Source: Methanobacteriota archaeon | Lineage (GTDB): Archaea; Thermoplasmatota; Poseidoniia; Poseidoniales; Poseidoniaceae | DNA: 60,972 bases | Assembly: GCA_002726495.1 (NCBI GenBank) | Contig: PBTH01000047.1 | Location: forward strand, 1 to 60,972 | Direction: 5' to 3' | In this document: in pieces, positions 40,001-47,806 of the stretch | Numbering within the stretch: the first letter of the stretch is position 1 | Layout: each line of letters opens with the position of its first letter | The notes under the pieces: generated by a model | What the model saw: the letters and a program-made list of their open reading frames with translations, nothing else | Told to the model about the DNA's origin: nothing | The model's database searches: none | Translations under genes and position numbers: made by a program

Positions 40001-43000
40001 GTCAGGATTTACAATCGTCATTGATTTCAAATCAGTCTGATCTCGATGTTCAAATTTCAACAGCGCTTCTCAGTAACGGGTCACTTTTGGTGGCGACATT
40101 AACCTCCACAGGAGAACTTTCTCTATTCGAGCAATATCCTGGTTCGGCCAGTTGGCAGAATCACACGATTGCACAACCTACGGGCACAGACAATGAGTAC
40201 CGACTTGACCTCTTTGGGGGGCAACATCCAGTGTTAGCAGTGCGGGCCAATTCAGTATCCTCCATTTACGGTATGAATGAGAGTGGATCTTGGCTTGCGA
40301 TTGCTGAACGTCCAGCAGCAGCGGTAAACGGAGCCTGGGATGTTCTCCATACCGGCAGCCATTTGCTTCTTCTTACAAGCGAACCCAATACTCAACGAAT
40401 AACGGTCAACACTCTCGACTTGAATCCAGCCACAAACTCATCAGCATCCTGGTTCACTGTACAATTTGGAACCATTGAATCATCAGGTCCAATGAACGGT
40501 ATAATCGATGCCAACGGAACTGTACACCTTTCGTTTTGGGATACGGCCGCTGACGACGTCATTGCTCTGCGACTTTATGCAGACCAAGACCGAGACTTGG
40601 TGTTTGACCTCATCGATGCAATGCCTGCGGTAGGAAATCAATGGATGAATGCCGATTCTGATAATTACGGAGACAATCCACTTGGTCCGTTAGGAGATGA
40701 TTGCCCCAATACAGCTGGCGTTTCAGGATGGCTTGTACAAGGCTGCTCCGACTTTGATACCGACGGATTTGCAGACCAAATTGATGATTGTCCCAACAAT
40801 GGAGAAACATCTTGGATTGACCGATTTGGTTGTGAAGATGCTGACCAAGACGGCTGGTCTGATAACGGCCAAAGCTACATGGATGGTGACAGGTTCCCCG
40901 ATAATTGGAAAATTTCTCTCGACAGTGACGGGGATACTTACGGTGATAATCACGGCCCGGATTGTTGTGATACAGTTTGGGATACGGCCATTGGAGATCT
41001 ATTCCCTTACATTGCAAGCCAATACAAGGACAGAGACGGTGATGGCTTTGGAGATAACGATTCAGACAGTGTTCACGGAGACTTTTGTCCCTTTGACTGG
41101 GGTGGCTCTTACCGTGACCGAAACGGCTGTCTTGATTCAGACGGCGATGGGGCAAGCGACCCATCCGACTTTGGGACATCGCTTGAGTGGAACGAATCTA
41201 TGGGGGCCGATATGTGGCCCAATGATGGGACGCAGTGGGCAGACAGTGACGGTGATGGCTTTGGAGACAACGGTTCTCTCAACGCAACAAACCCTGACAG
41301 TTTCCCCAACAATATCGCTGTAGCAAACGATTCAGACCAAGACGGTTATCCTGACCAATGGACTCAATTCTATAACGCTACATTTGATGACGACGGCGAT
41401 GGTGTTGAAAATGCATTTGACCAATGCGGGGATTCCAATCTATCAATGGATGATATAGATGCGGAGGGATGCAATGAATTTGATTTTAGAAATCAAACAA
41501 AATCACCTCCTGTCTTGAACAACAAAGGCCTAACGCTTGATGGCTGCCCGACTCAATGGGGCAATTCAACCAAACCTGTTGTTGGATGTATGGATTCGGA
41601 CGGGGATTCCTGGAGCGACATTAGCGATGCATTCCCTCTGGAACCAACGCAATGGTCTGACATTGATGGTGATGGTTTTGGTGACCAAATCAACGGTTTC
41701 CAAGGTGATGTTTGCCCGGCTGAAGTTGGCGTTCTCAACGGCACTGCTGGTGTAGGATGCAGGTACATTGATGCTTCAGATTCCGACGTAGACGGAGTGA
41801 TCAACCAAGATGATATCTGCGCCAACACCCCCGCTGGCCAATCGGTTGACCAACAAGGCTGTGCACAATCACAACTCGACGATGATAACGATGGAATCAC
41901 CAACGATATTGATCTGTGTCCTGGTTCGGTTCAAGGAGCGACTGTTGATACAGAAGGTTGCAGTTCCTTGCAGCGAGAGTCCGATTCTGATGGAGACGGT
42001 TTAAACGACCCTGAAGATTCCTGCCCAGGCACTGCTTCGGGTGCAGAAGTTGATGGAAACGGATGTTCAGAAGCCCAACGAGATTCAGATGGCGACGGAA
42101 TATCGGACCTTGACGATGCCTGCGATGATACACCCGATGGGTTCCCAATTCTTGCCAACGGTTGTACTGACGAAGGTGCACTTGATACAGACCTGGATGG
42201 TGATGGTTATTATGGCGCTTACTCGTTCAATATTGACCCAGATACATTACTACGAACCAATCAACAAGGAGACCTCTATCCCACCGACGGTTCACAATGG
42301 TTTGACACGGATGGCGACGGCTACGGTGACAACAGTTCAGGAGTTAATGGAGACGATTGCCGAACTGAATTTGGGACCTCATTCGAAGATTATCTCGGTT
42401 GTTTTGATGACGGCGATGGTTGGCGAGATGAGTTTGAACCTGAAAACCTCAGAAACGATTCAACTCAGTGGAAGGATTCTGATGTTGATGGGTTTGGTGA
42501 TAATTGGGGCGACCCTACTTGGAATTCTACCCGCGACCCCTCATGGCCTGGAATCTTCGTTGAAGGGGCTCAAAATGCTGATTTGTGTCCCAAAACAGTA
42601 CCTGCACTGCGTCAAGCCGTTGATGAAAATGGATGTCACATTTCGGAACGAGACACCGACGGGGATGGAGTGTATGACAGTGATGACAATTGTGTAGATG
42701 AACCAAAGGGTTCGGATGGATACTCAGATGGTTGCCCGTATGTTCCTCTCTCAAAGAACGATGACGATGGTGGATTGTTGAGTGGTGGGACATTGATGAT
42801 TGGCCTTGCAGGCGGTGGATTACTGCTCATCGTTATCGTCGTTGTTTCTCTGAGAATGATGAATCTTGAAGATGATGAAGATGATGACGACGATTATGAC
42901 GACGATTATGACGGCGATTATGAAGATGATGATGACGAAGATGACGTGTTCAAGGCTCTGGATCGCAAAGCGAGTGCAGGTGCCTCACGCACTGTGAATC

Positions 43001-43407
43001 GTACGCAAAACCGCTCGTCAGCAAACGAAGTGAAAAAGGGCCCAAGTACACCGGCTCCTCAACAGCGTTCAGCTCCAGCAAGAAAGACTTCATCGAGCCC
43101 TCCCAGCCGTTCACCTGTTTCAAGAGGGCCACCTGGTGGAGCCAAGAAGGAAGTCCAGAAAGTCGCGAAGAAGAAGGCTGTGCCTTCTCAAGAGGAACCG
43201 TCTGCAAAGGTTCGCAAAGCAAAAATCAATGTTGACTTGAGTATTTTTGAAGACTGGCAAGTCGATGATAGAGATTCTGCTGTTGACTGGGTGGTGGACG
43301 AACTGAGTGATGGCGAAGAAGAGCGAGGAATCCTCATGCAGTTGCAGGGAATAGGTTGGTCAGCAGAACAATCGCGGGCTATCTTCAACCTTGCTCGAAA
43401 TAAGTAA
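37015..43407 (+). CDS. Giant single-pass surface protein: FG-GAP (integrin-alpha-like) propeller, beta-repeat domains, TSP3-like Ca-binding repeats, TM, acidic/low-complexity cytoplasmic tail
   Basis: Six clear FG-GAP Ca loops (GDLNGDGFSD, GDFNGDGLHD, CDINGDSYDE, ADINSDGMEE, GDINDDGYGD, GDVDGDGLNE); D.D.DG..D..D.CP repeats; TM GLAGGGLLLIVIVVVSL; poly-Asp tract. Start MADARF at 37015. Confidence 0.85.
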   Translation: MADARFGTPVQKSVMILMLFLLTSLSPMVNHHDGEVLGDSFENPQFSSPFTLSSGDGHDFAGAVISFDGLESATVRDESALDYWTSVELNNSSVEHHGVPDMKLTRHFTEHYCWSTEEGSIRTAIHTPSGYWTSMLVDNVAPASTSELVDCAIAVTEQERPRVLYADGDDLKMGRYAAQSQNYWQGARWHTRTIFENVNPSHLEMDITPEGLEWGLMRTEDGALHQVNFSGNYWTKYLLDAGPVGTDMELKVDSDGVAHIFYTRVSDGSAVLLRIDEWTHETQILSQDALMSSELGMGLDANNIEQVATVLQGPNGFSIELIRSLEGQDSGRINPTPSLIIDGQEDTTEGTMAMGDLNGDGFSDLVVATPTADVLGHSNNGRVDVYHGSSTGLSSVPDVILAGEGDDFHFGMGMSLGDFNGDGLHDLAVGIPGWYNLTQSVGIQGQVQIFNGHDDGLLSQPTWTASGFTNDGLGSVVQSLEQGTGHSVLAVSAHGWGNGLTGTENKSGKISLFTFENGAMLLERNLSQTSNGNMFGRSMEACDINGDSYDELIVGNTGTYNNALSFSSVEYFEGSSTGYDGTPIHVIESNQQGRLFAHTIACLADINSDGMEEHIITEPFNSTGGGFSAGKLWLFNGTNNTMSVEPDWTYLSSEANARIGTDIKSVGDINDDGYGDVLISKLGGGNAGSIEIFLGSNEGLQAESQLLAQGSSNQYLGALLSGYGDVDGDGLNEVVYSMRNTSEGTNFGVEYPVLSERNWESISFGYDGVLNGLELGTATRGETSMVFGVENNNGHQIMKLEHMNDGTPTGQWLEQCIVASIDPSTQFTFDVRSSGIPILLTEDDQHIVLHTATSMTAVQMDVATTGTMGQYLGAALDDDGQQILAYTSGTGQQIFVSQESTSGWTHEMVRSAASLGGPISVTADASGIPSLVYRLSTDQLELAQKSSGWSLTSLGAEGEAVSTHHPSIMMPDGTLSIALVTSDGNATNLSLWNYDGQDLQSSLISNQSDLDVQISTALLSNGSLLVATLTSTGELSLFEQYPGSASWQNHTIAQPTGTDNEYRLDLFGGQHPVLAVRANSVSSIYGMNESGSWLAIAERPAAAVNGAWDVLHTGSHLLLLTSEPNTQRITVNTLDLNPATNSSASWFTVQFGTIESSGPMNGIIDANGTVHLSFWDTAADDVIALRLYADQDRDLVFDLIDAMPAVGNQWMNADSDNYGDNPLGPLGDDCPNTAGVSGWLVQGCSDFDTDGFADQIDDCPNNGETSWIDRFGCEDADQDGWSDNGQSYMDGDRFPDNWKISLDSDGDTYGDNHGPDCCDTVWDTAIGDLFPYIASQYKDRDGDGFGDNDSDSVHGDFCPFDWGGSYRDRNGCLDSDGDGASDPSDFGTSLEWNESMGADMWPNDGTQWADSDGDGFGDNGSLNATNPDSFPNNIAVANDSDQDGYPDQWTQFYNATFDDDGDGVENAFDQCGDSNLSMDDIDAEGCNEFDFRNQTKSPPVLNNKGLTLDGCPTQWGNSTKPVVGCMDSDGDSWSDISDAFPLEPTQWSDIDGDGFGDQINGFQGDVCPAEVGVLNGTAGVGCRYIDASDSDVDGVINQDDICANTPAGQSVDQQGCAQSQLDDDNDGITNDIDLCPGSVQGATVDTEGCSSLQRESDSDGDGLNDPEDSCPGTASGAEVDGNGCSEAQRDSDGDGISDLDDACDDTPDGFPILANGCTDEGALDTDLDGDGYYGAYSFNIDPDTLLRTNQQGDLYPTDGSQWFDTDGDGYGDNSSGVNGDDCRTEFGTSFEDYLGCFDDGDGWRDEFEPENLRNDSTQWKDSDVDGFGDNWGDPTWNSTRDPSWPGIFVEGAQNADLCPKTVPALRQAVDENGCHISERDTDGDGVYDSDDNCVDEPKGSDGYSDGCPYVPLSKNDDDGGLLSGGTLMIGLAGGGLLLIVIVVVSLRMMNLEDDEDDDDDYDDDYDGDYEDDDDEDDVFKALDRKASAGASRTVNRTQNRSSANEVKKGPSTPAPQQRSAPARKTSSSPPSRSPVSRGPPGGAKKEVQKVAKKKAVPSQEEPSAKVRKAKINVDLSIFEDWQVDDRDSAVDWVVDELSDGEEERGILMQLQGIGWSAEQSRAIFNLARNK

Positions 43408-43484
43408 GTCTACCACTGTTAGAACTCATCACCCGTGAGGTCTTAAATGGAGGGCCGCGGTGGAACTTCACGGGGAGGGGTAAA

Positions 43485-45023
43485 ATGGCCGATGACAATA
43501 CCACCCCCAATCAACAAACCATTGCAGTTGATGATGCTGCAGCCTATTTTGGGGCCACGACATCCTCAGATATGCTGCATACGATGATGTCGATGCCTCG
43601 TGAACAAGCAATGGTCCAATTTTTTGATTTGCTTTCTGATATCGTTCTTCGGCCTGGAGACTTTGATTTTGAAGCCGCCAGTGAGCGCATGCAATGTGAA
43701 GGGGGAGAAATCTACTATCTTGTTGCAGGCCATCTTGGTCTGATGAGCATGCCTGACCCTCTTTTGGATGCATTAGGACTTCCCAATTCATCGGGTGATG
43801 TCTTGGGAGCAAAACTCGCTGCAATCGCCGCACCTCAAGAGTCTTCGTTGACTCAACTTGCAGATCCAATGCGCATGATGAAACTCTTTGCCGTTGCTCA
43901 TCAAACTGGAAAAGCGGATGAGGTCCTGAAGTATATTTCTACATTTGAATCGTACATGAACTCGATTGAATCATCGGTGGAAACTCTTGTCAGCATCAAC
44001 AACGAATTGGATGCAGCGCTTGATGTAAGTGGTCACGTACTACCAATTCCATCACTTGCAAGCGGCTCAGCATCCCCGGCCGAACTGAGTTTGCCAGAGG
44101 TTAAGGATACCCTTGAAACAGTGCCCAAAACCGTTGTTCCTCTTCCGTCAGTAGAGCCAACCCCCCAACCATCAAGCAACATCGAAGAAGTTGCAACCGT
44201 ATCTGTTCCCCTGCCCAGTGAATCGGTCGAATTACCAACAGTCAAAGCGGAAGTAGTGCCTGAAGAGCCGATCAACGTTGAGAGTGAAAAACAAGTCGCT
44301 CGAGCAACACAGAATGCTTTCGCAGGAGCTTTTGACATCGAGCTTGGAAGCGATGATCAGCCGTCCGATACTGAAGCAGTGCTTGCTGAGGAGAACCCCG
44401 TTTCTGACCCTGTGATTGAGACAGAATCATCACCAGAACCAAAACCCGAAATTGGAGAGGAGGCTCCTGAAACAGAGGAAGAATTTGTCAGCGCTGCTGA
44501 ACAATTCATTGCCGCTGACGAGGATAACAGCGGAGCCCTTTCAGTGGAAGAACTCGCTCATGCAACTGGGTCCACCCTTGAAGAGGCTACTGAATTGCAT
44601 GCTGAAGCAGATACCGATGGCGATGGTGTCGTGACTCTTTCAGAATTTATTTCCTCTCCAGCAAGTGAACGGTCAGCCAGCATGCCAAAACCGATCGCTC
44701 CAGTTCGGAAACCACTGGCAGCGAATCAACAACCAACGCCGACTTCACCACCTGAAGTAAGGCAGAGGCCACAACCCCTTCCTCAACAAAACTGGCAACA
44801 GCCTCAACAGCAACGTGCGCCACAGCAAAATTGGCAACAACCTCAACAGCAACGGCCACCACAGCAAAATTGGCAACAACCTCAACAGGGTTGGCAGCAA
44901 CCTCAAGCACCGGTGGTCCAACCAACCATTCGCTCAGGGGTGCACTGTAGAAGTTGCGGCATAGGCTTGGACCCATATTGGCGATTTTGCCCTATCTGTG
45001 GGCAACAGAATGTTGGTTACTGA
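43485..45023 (+). CDS. Cytoplasmic protein with EF-hand pair, Gln/Pro-rich repeats and C-terminal Zn ribbon
   Basis: EF loops DEDNSGALSVEE and DTDGDGVVTLSE; PQQNWQQPQQQR repeats; CRSC...CPIC. No signal peptide or TM seen. Confidence 0.85.
   Translation: MADDNTTPNQQTIAVDDAAAYFGATTSSDMLHTMMSMPREQAMVQFFDLLSDIVLRPGDFDFEAASERMQCEGGEIYYLVAGHLGLMSMPDPLLDALGLPNSSGDVLGAKLAAIAAPQESSLTQLADPMRMMKLFAVAHQTGKADEVLKYISTFESYMNSIESSVETLVSINNELDAALDVSGHVLPIPSLASGSASPAELSLPEVKDTLETVPKTVVPLPSVEPTPQPSSNIEEVATVSVPLPSESVELPTVKAEVVPEEPINVESEKQVARATQNAFAGAFDIELGSDDQPSDTEAVLAEENPVSDPVIETESSPEPKPEIGEEAPETEEEFVSAAEQFIAADEDNSGALSVEELAHATGSTLEEATELHAEADTDGDGVVTLSEFISSPASERSASMPKPIAPVRKPLAANQQPTPTSPPEVRQRPQPLPQQNWQQPQQQRAPQQNWQQPQQQRPPQQNWQQPQQGWQQPQAPVVQPTIRSGVHCRSCGIGLDPYWRFCPICGQQNVGY
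44781..44906 (+). repeat. Imperfect 39-bp tandem repeat encoding PQQNWQQPQQQR(A/P)
   Basis: About three copies of the (CCT/CCA)CA(A/G)CAAAA(C/T)TGGCAACA(G/A)CCTCAACAG unit, plus a degenerate GWQQPQ copy. Confidence 0.85.
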
Positions 45024-45028
45024 AGGAA

Positions 45029-46189
45029 TCATTCAACAAGGAATGTACCGTTTTCAACAATCACCGTTTCGTCAAGCCAAATACTTGGTGAATCCATAAC
45101 CCCCGAAACATGAATCCCAACTGCGGAAGTACCGCCTAGTGTTGTGTTGTCACCGATTGAGAAGTAGGCAGTGCCGAGTCGCTTTTCATCTTCGAGCACG
45201 CTCCCCATGAGTCTTGCTTGAGGGTTCATTCCGAATCCGAACTCTGCAACCGTCCAAACATTTTCCTGATCTTTACTTCGTAAGCGTTTGGCAGCTTCGC
45301 CAAAAGCTTGACGAATTTGAGCGGCCGCAGTACCGCCTTTAACATCCACGACCAAACCATCTTCAATCTGAAGAACAACGGGTTCGTCAACCAGTGCGGA
45401 GTCCCACGACCCATCAATAACCACTGTGCCGTTCATGGTACCTTCTCTTGGTAGGGTGAAAATCTTCCCGGCAGGCAGATTGGTCAGCATCCTTGGACGG
45501 TTGCAGATTCCGTTATCATCAAGTTTCCATTCTCTCCAATTGACTTCAAAGGTAACGTTTGTTCCTGCATCTGATTTCACATTCACAATTCGCTTTCTTC
45601 GTAACACTGGAGACATTTCTCCCATGTGTTTTTTGATTGATGCAAAGTCTGCTGACATCCCACCTTGGGTAAACATCTCATTGGTCATTCCAGGCATTGT
45701 TGCCACTCTAGCACCATCTTTGATGGCTTGTCGGACGGCTCTCGTATGGGTGAGTGAATAGCGAGTTGGTGCGATGACGACCTGTTGTTGTCTCATGAGA
45801 TTTGCGACAGGAGAGGGGGGCTCTTCTCCATGATGACGTCCTTTGGGCATGACCACAAGCAGTACCCTGTCAGACCGTTTTCCTGCCGCATCGTGGAGGG
45901 CCTGACCGATATCGGTGGTGGTTGGGTCGCACACAATCAGAATGTTCTCTCCGCGGCGCACATCCATACAGGTATCGATGACGGTGATTGCACTTTTCCC
46001 CATCAGCAGGCGTACGTCCACATCGTTATGGGCATGCGCATCATCATGCGTTTCTTCAACATCCGTGGCTGAATTCATTTCTTCTTCAATGGCAATGCCC
46101 TCATTTTCCGCAACCGCATCATCAAGGTCTGAATCGTCGGTAATCTCGGAGGAGTCGTCCTGACCTTTTCGCCGGAAAGGAGACACCAT
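45029..46189 (-). CDS. M29/AmpS-type (COG2309) aminopeptidase homologue with substituted metal ligands
   Basis: Family pattern TNLPAG.IF..P...T.NG..VIDGS, VAEFGFGMNP, LEDEK..GT...SIGDN...GG....IH. Acidic N-terminal extension. Confidence 0.8.
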   Translation of the reverse strand: MVSPFRRKGQDDSSEITDDSDLDDAVAENEGIAIEEEMNSATDVEETHDDAHAHNDVDVRLLMGKSAITVIDTCMDVRRGENILIVCDPTTTDIGQALHDAAGKRSDRVLLVVMPKGRHHGEEPPSPVANLMRQQQVVIAPTRYSLTHTRAVRQAIKDGARVATMPGMTNEMFTQGGMSADFASIKKHMGEMSPVLRRKRIVNVKSDAGTNVTFEVNWREWKLDDNGICNRPRMLTNLPAGKIFTLPREGTMNGTVVIDGSWDSALVDEPVVLQIEDGLVVDVKGGTAAAQIRQAFGEAAKRLRSKDQENVWTVAEFGFGMNPQARLMGSVLEDEKRLGTAYFSIGDNTTLGGTSAVGIHVSGVMDSPSIWLDETVIVENGTFLVE

Positions 46190-46306
46190 GATACCCGTAG
46201 AATTCTATTCTTCTTGAATGTGTGGTTCGTTCCTAAGGGTAAAGGAAAATTTTCATTCGTCAAGGTTGAAGGGAGTGTTCAAGAATACCAAGGTATTGGT
46301 AAACGC

Positions 46307-47806
46307 ATGCAAGCCTATGACGACTTCCTTTCACGCGTTCAAGACATCCATAGATACAGTTCATTGCAAGGTCATCTGGGATGGGACCAAGAAGTATTGA
46401 TGCCTTCTGGAGGCGGTGAATCAAGGGGCGAAATTTTAGCTTGGTTGGCGGGGAAGCGTCACGAGCATCTTACCGCACCAGAGCTGGGAGTCCTTCTAAC
46501 TGAACTTGAATCACAGGAACTTGATGCAGACCAAGGTGCAAATGTTCGTGAAATGAGGAGGGCATACGATCAGGCAGTAAAACTTCCAAAGGAATTTGTT
46601 GAATCTTTCGCTAAGGTTCGCTCTGAAGCCCTTGTTGCATGGCAGGAAGCAAGAGCAGCGTCCGATTTTTCGATGTTCAAAGATACCCTTGAATCGTTGA
46701 TTGGCATGACGCGAACAAAAATCAACTATCTCGGTATTTCAAGTACGCCATACGATGTCTTGTTGGATGAGTACGAAGTTGGTATGACCGTTGCAGATTA
46801 TGACCCTTTATTTGCTGGGTTGAAAGAACGTTTGGTCCCTCTTCTACAATCCATCACAGAAGCACAAAAGAACATGGAGGAGCCCATCTTACCCGAGACA
46901 CTTCGTTTTCCAACTTCGGGACAAGAGCGCTTTTGTGAAGAGATTTCAATCCGTATGGGCTTTGATTTTAGTGCTGGAAGAATGGATGCTTCAACCCACC
47001 CATTTTCAGCTGGACTTTGGCCGGGCGATACGAGATTCACGACCCGCTTTGACGAACAGGACCCGTTTTCATGCCTCTACGCAGTCATGCATGAGACTGG
47101 CCATGCACTTTACGAACAAGGCTTGGAACATTCCCATCGATACACTCCACGGGGAGCAGCAGTTTCACTTGGAGTTCACGAATCTCAGAGTCGTTTCTGG
47201 GAAAATCAAGTTGGCAGAACCGCAGCGTTCTGGGATGTCGCACTGCCGTTGTTTTACAATGAATTTCCAGATGCGCCCGAATGGGATTCCAATACCATGA
47301 ATCAAATCGCAAATCGGGTCGAAAAAGGCTTTATCCGTGTTGAAGCGGATGAAGTAACTTATAACTTACATGTTATGATAAGATATGAGATTGAAAAACA
47401 ACTCTTCAATGGAGAACTCACGGTTGAGGAGTTACCAAACGCCTGGAATACGATGTTCAGTGAATGGTTTGGAATTGAAGTTCCTGAAGATCGCCTTGGC
47501 TGTCTTCAAGACATTCACTGGTCAATGGGTGCCTTCGGTTATTTCCCGACCTACACCCTCGGCAATCTCTATGCTGCTCAACTTCTTGATGCTATGAAAG
47601 ATGCTCTTGGAGACATTGACAGCATTATTTCTTCAGGAGATTGGGGTCCAATGCTCGATTGGCTTCGTCCCCGCATACATGAACGTGGAAGCCAGGTGAC
47701 TCCGAGTCAACTTATTGAGGACGCCACCGGTAAGGCACCGACGCCAGAACCGTTTCTAGATTATGTTGAAAAGAAATATCGCACGCTGTACGGTCTGAAT
47801 GACTGA
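46307..47806 (+). CDS. Carboxypeptidase, M32 family (carboxypeptidase Taq-like)
   Basis: WDQEVLMP, PYDVLLDEYE, HPF, RFTTR, HEXXH motif MHETGHALYEQG, HESQSRFWEN, IRVEADEVTYNLH, LQDIHWS, GYFPTYTLGN. Start MQAYD at 46307. Confidence 0.95.
   Translation: MQAYDDFLSRVQDIHRYSSLQGHLGWDQEVLMPSGGGESRGEILAWLAGKRHEHLTAPELGVLLTELESQELDADQGANVREMRRAYDQAVKLPKEFVESFAKVRSEALVAWQEARAASDFSMFKDTLESLIGMTRTKINYLGISSTPYDVLLDEYEVGMTVADYDPLFAGLKERLVPLLQSITEAQKNMEEPILPETLRFPTSGQERFCEEISIRMGFDFSAGRMDASTHPFSAGLWPGDTRFTTRFDEQDPFSCLYAVMHETGHALYEQGLEHSHRYTPRGAAVSLGVHESQSRFWENQVGRTAAFWDVALPLFYNEFPDAPEWDSNTMNQIANRVEKGFIRVEADEVTYNLHVMIRYEIEKQLFNGELTVEELPNAWNTMFSEWFGIEVPEDRLGCLQDIHWSMGAFGYFPTYTLGNLYAAQLLDAMKDALGDIDSIISSGDWGPMLDWLRPRIHERGSQVTPSQLIEDATGKAPTPEPFLDYVEKKYRTLYGLND

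Noticed and set aside
31577-43407. Recurring GAYGGNGAYGG-like DNA motifs that could suggest a CRISPR or DNA repeat array
   Set aside because: They are degenerate at third codon positions and encode D-G-D-G protein repeats. There are no identical direct repeats with unique spacers and no cas genes.
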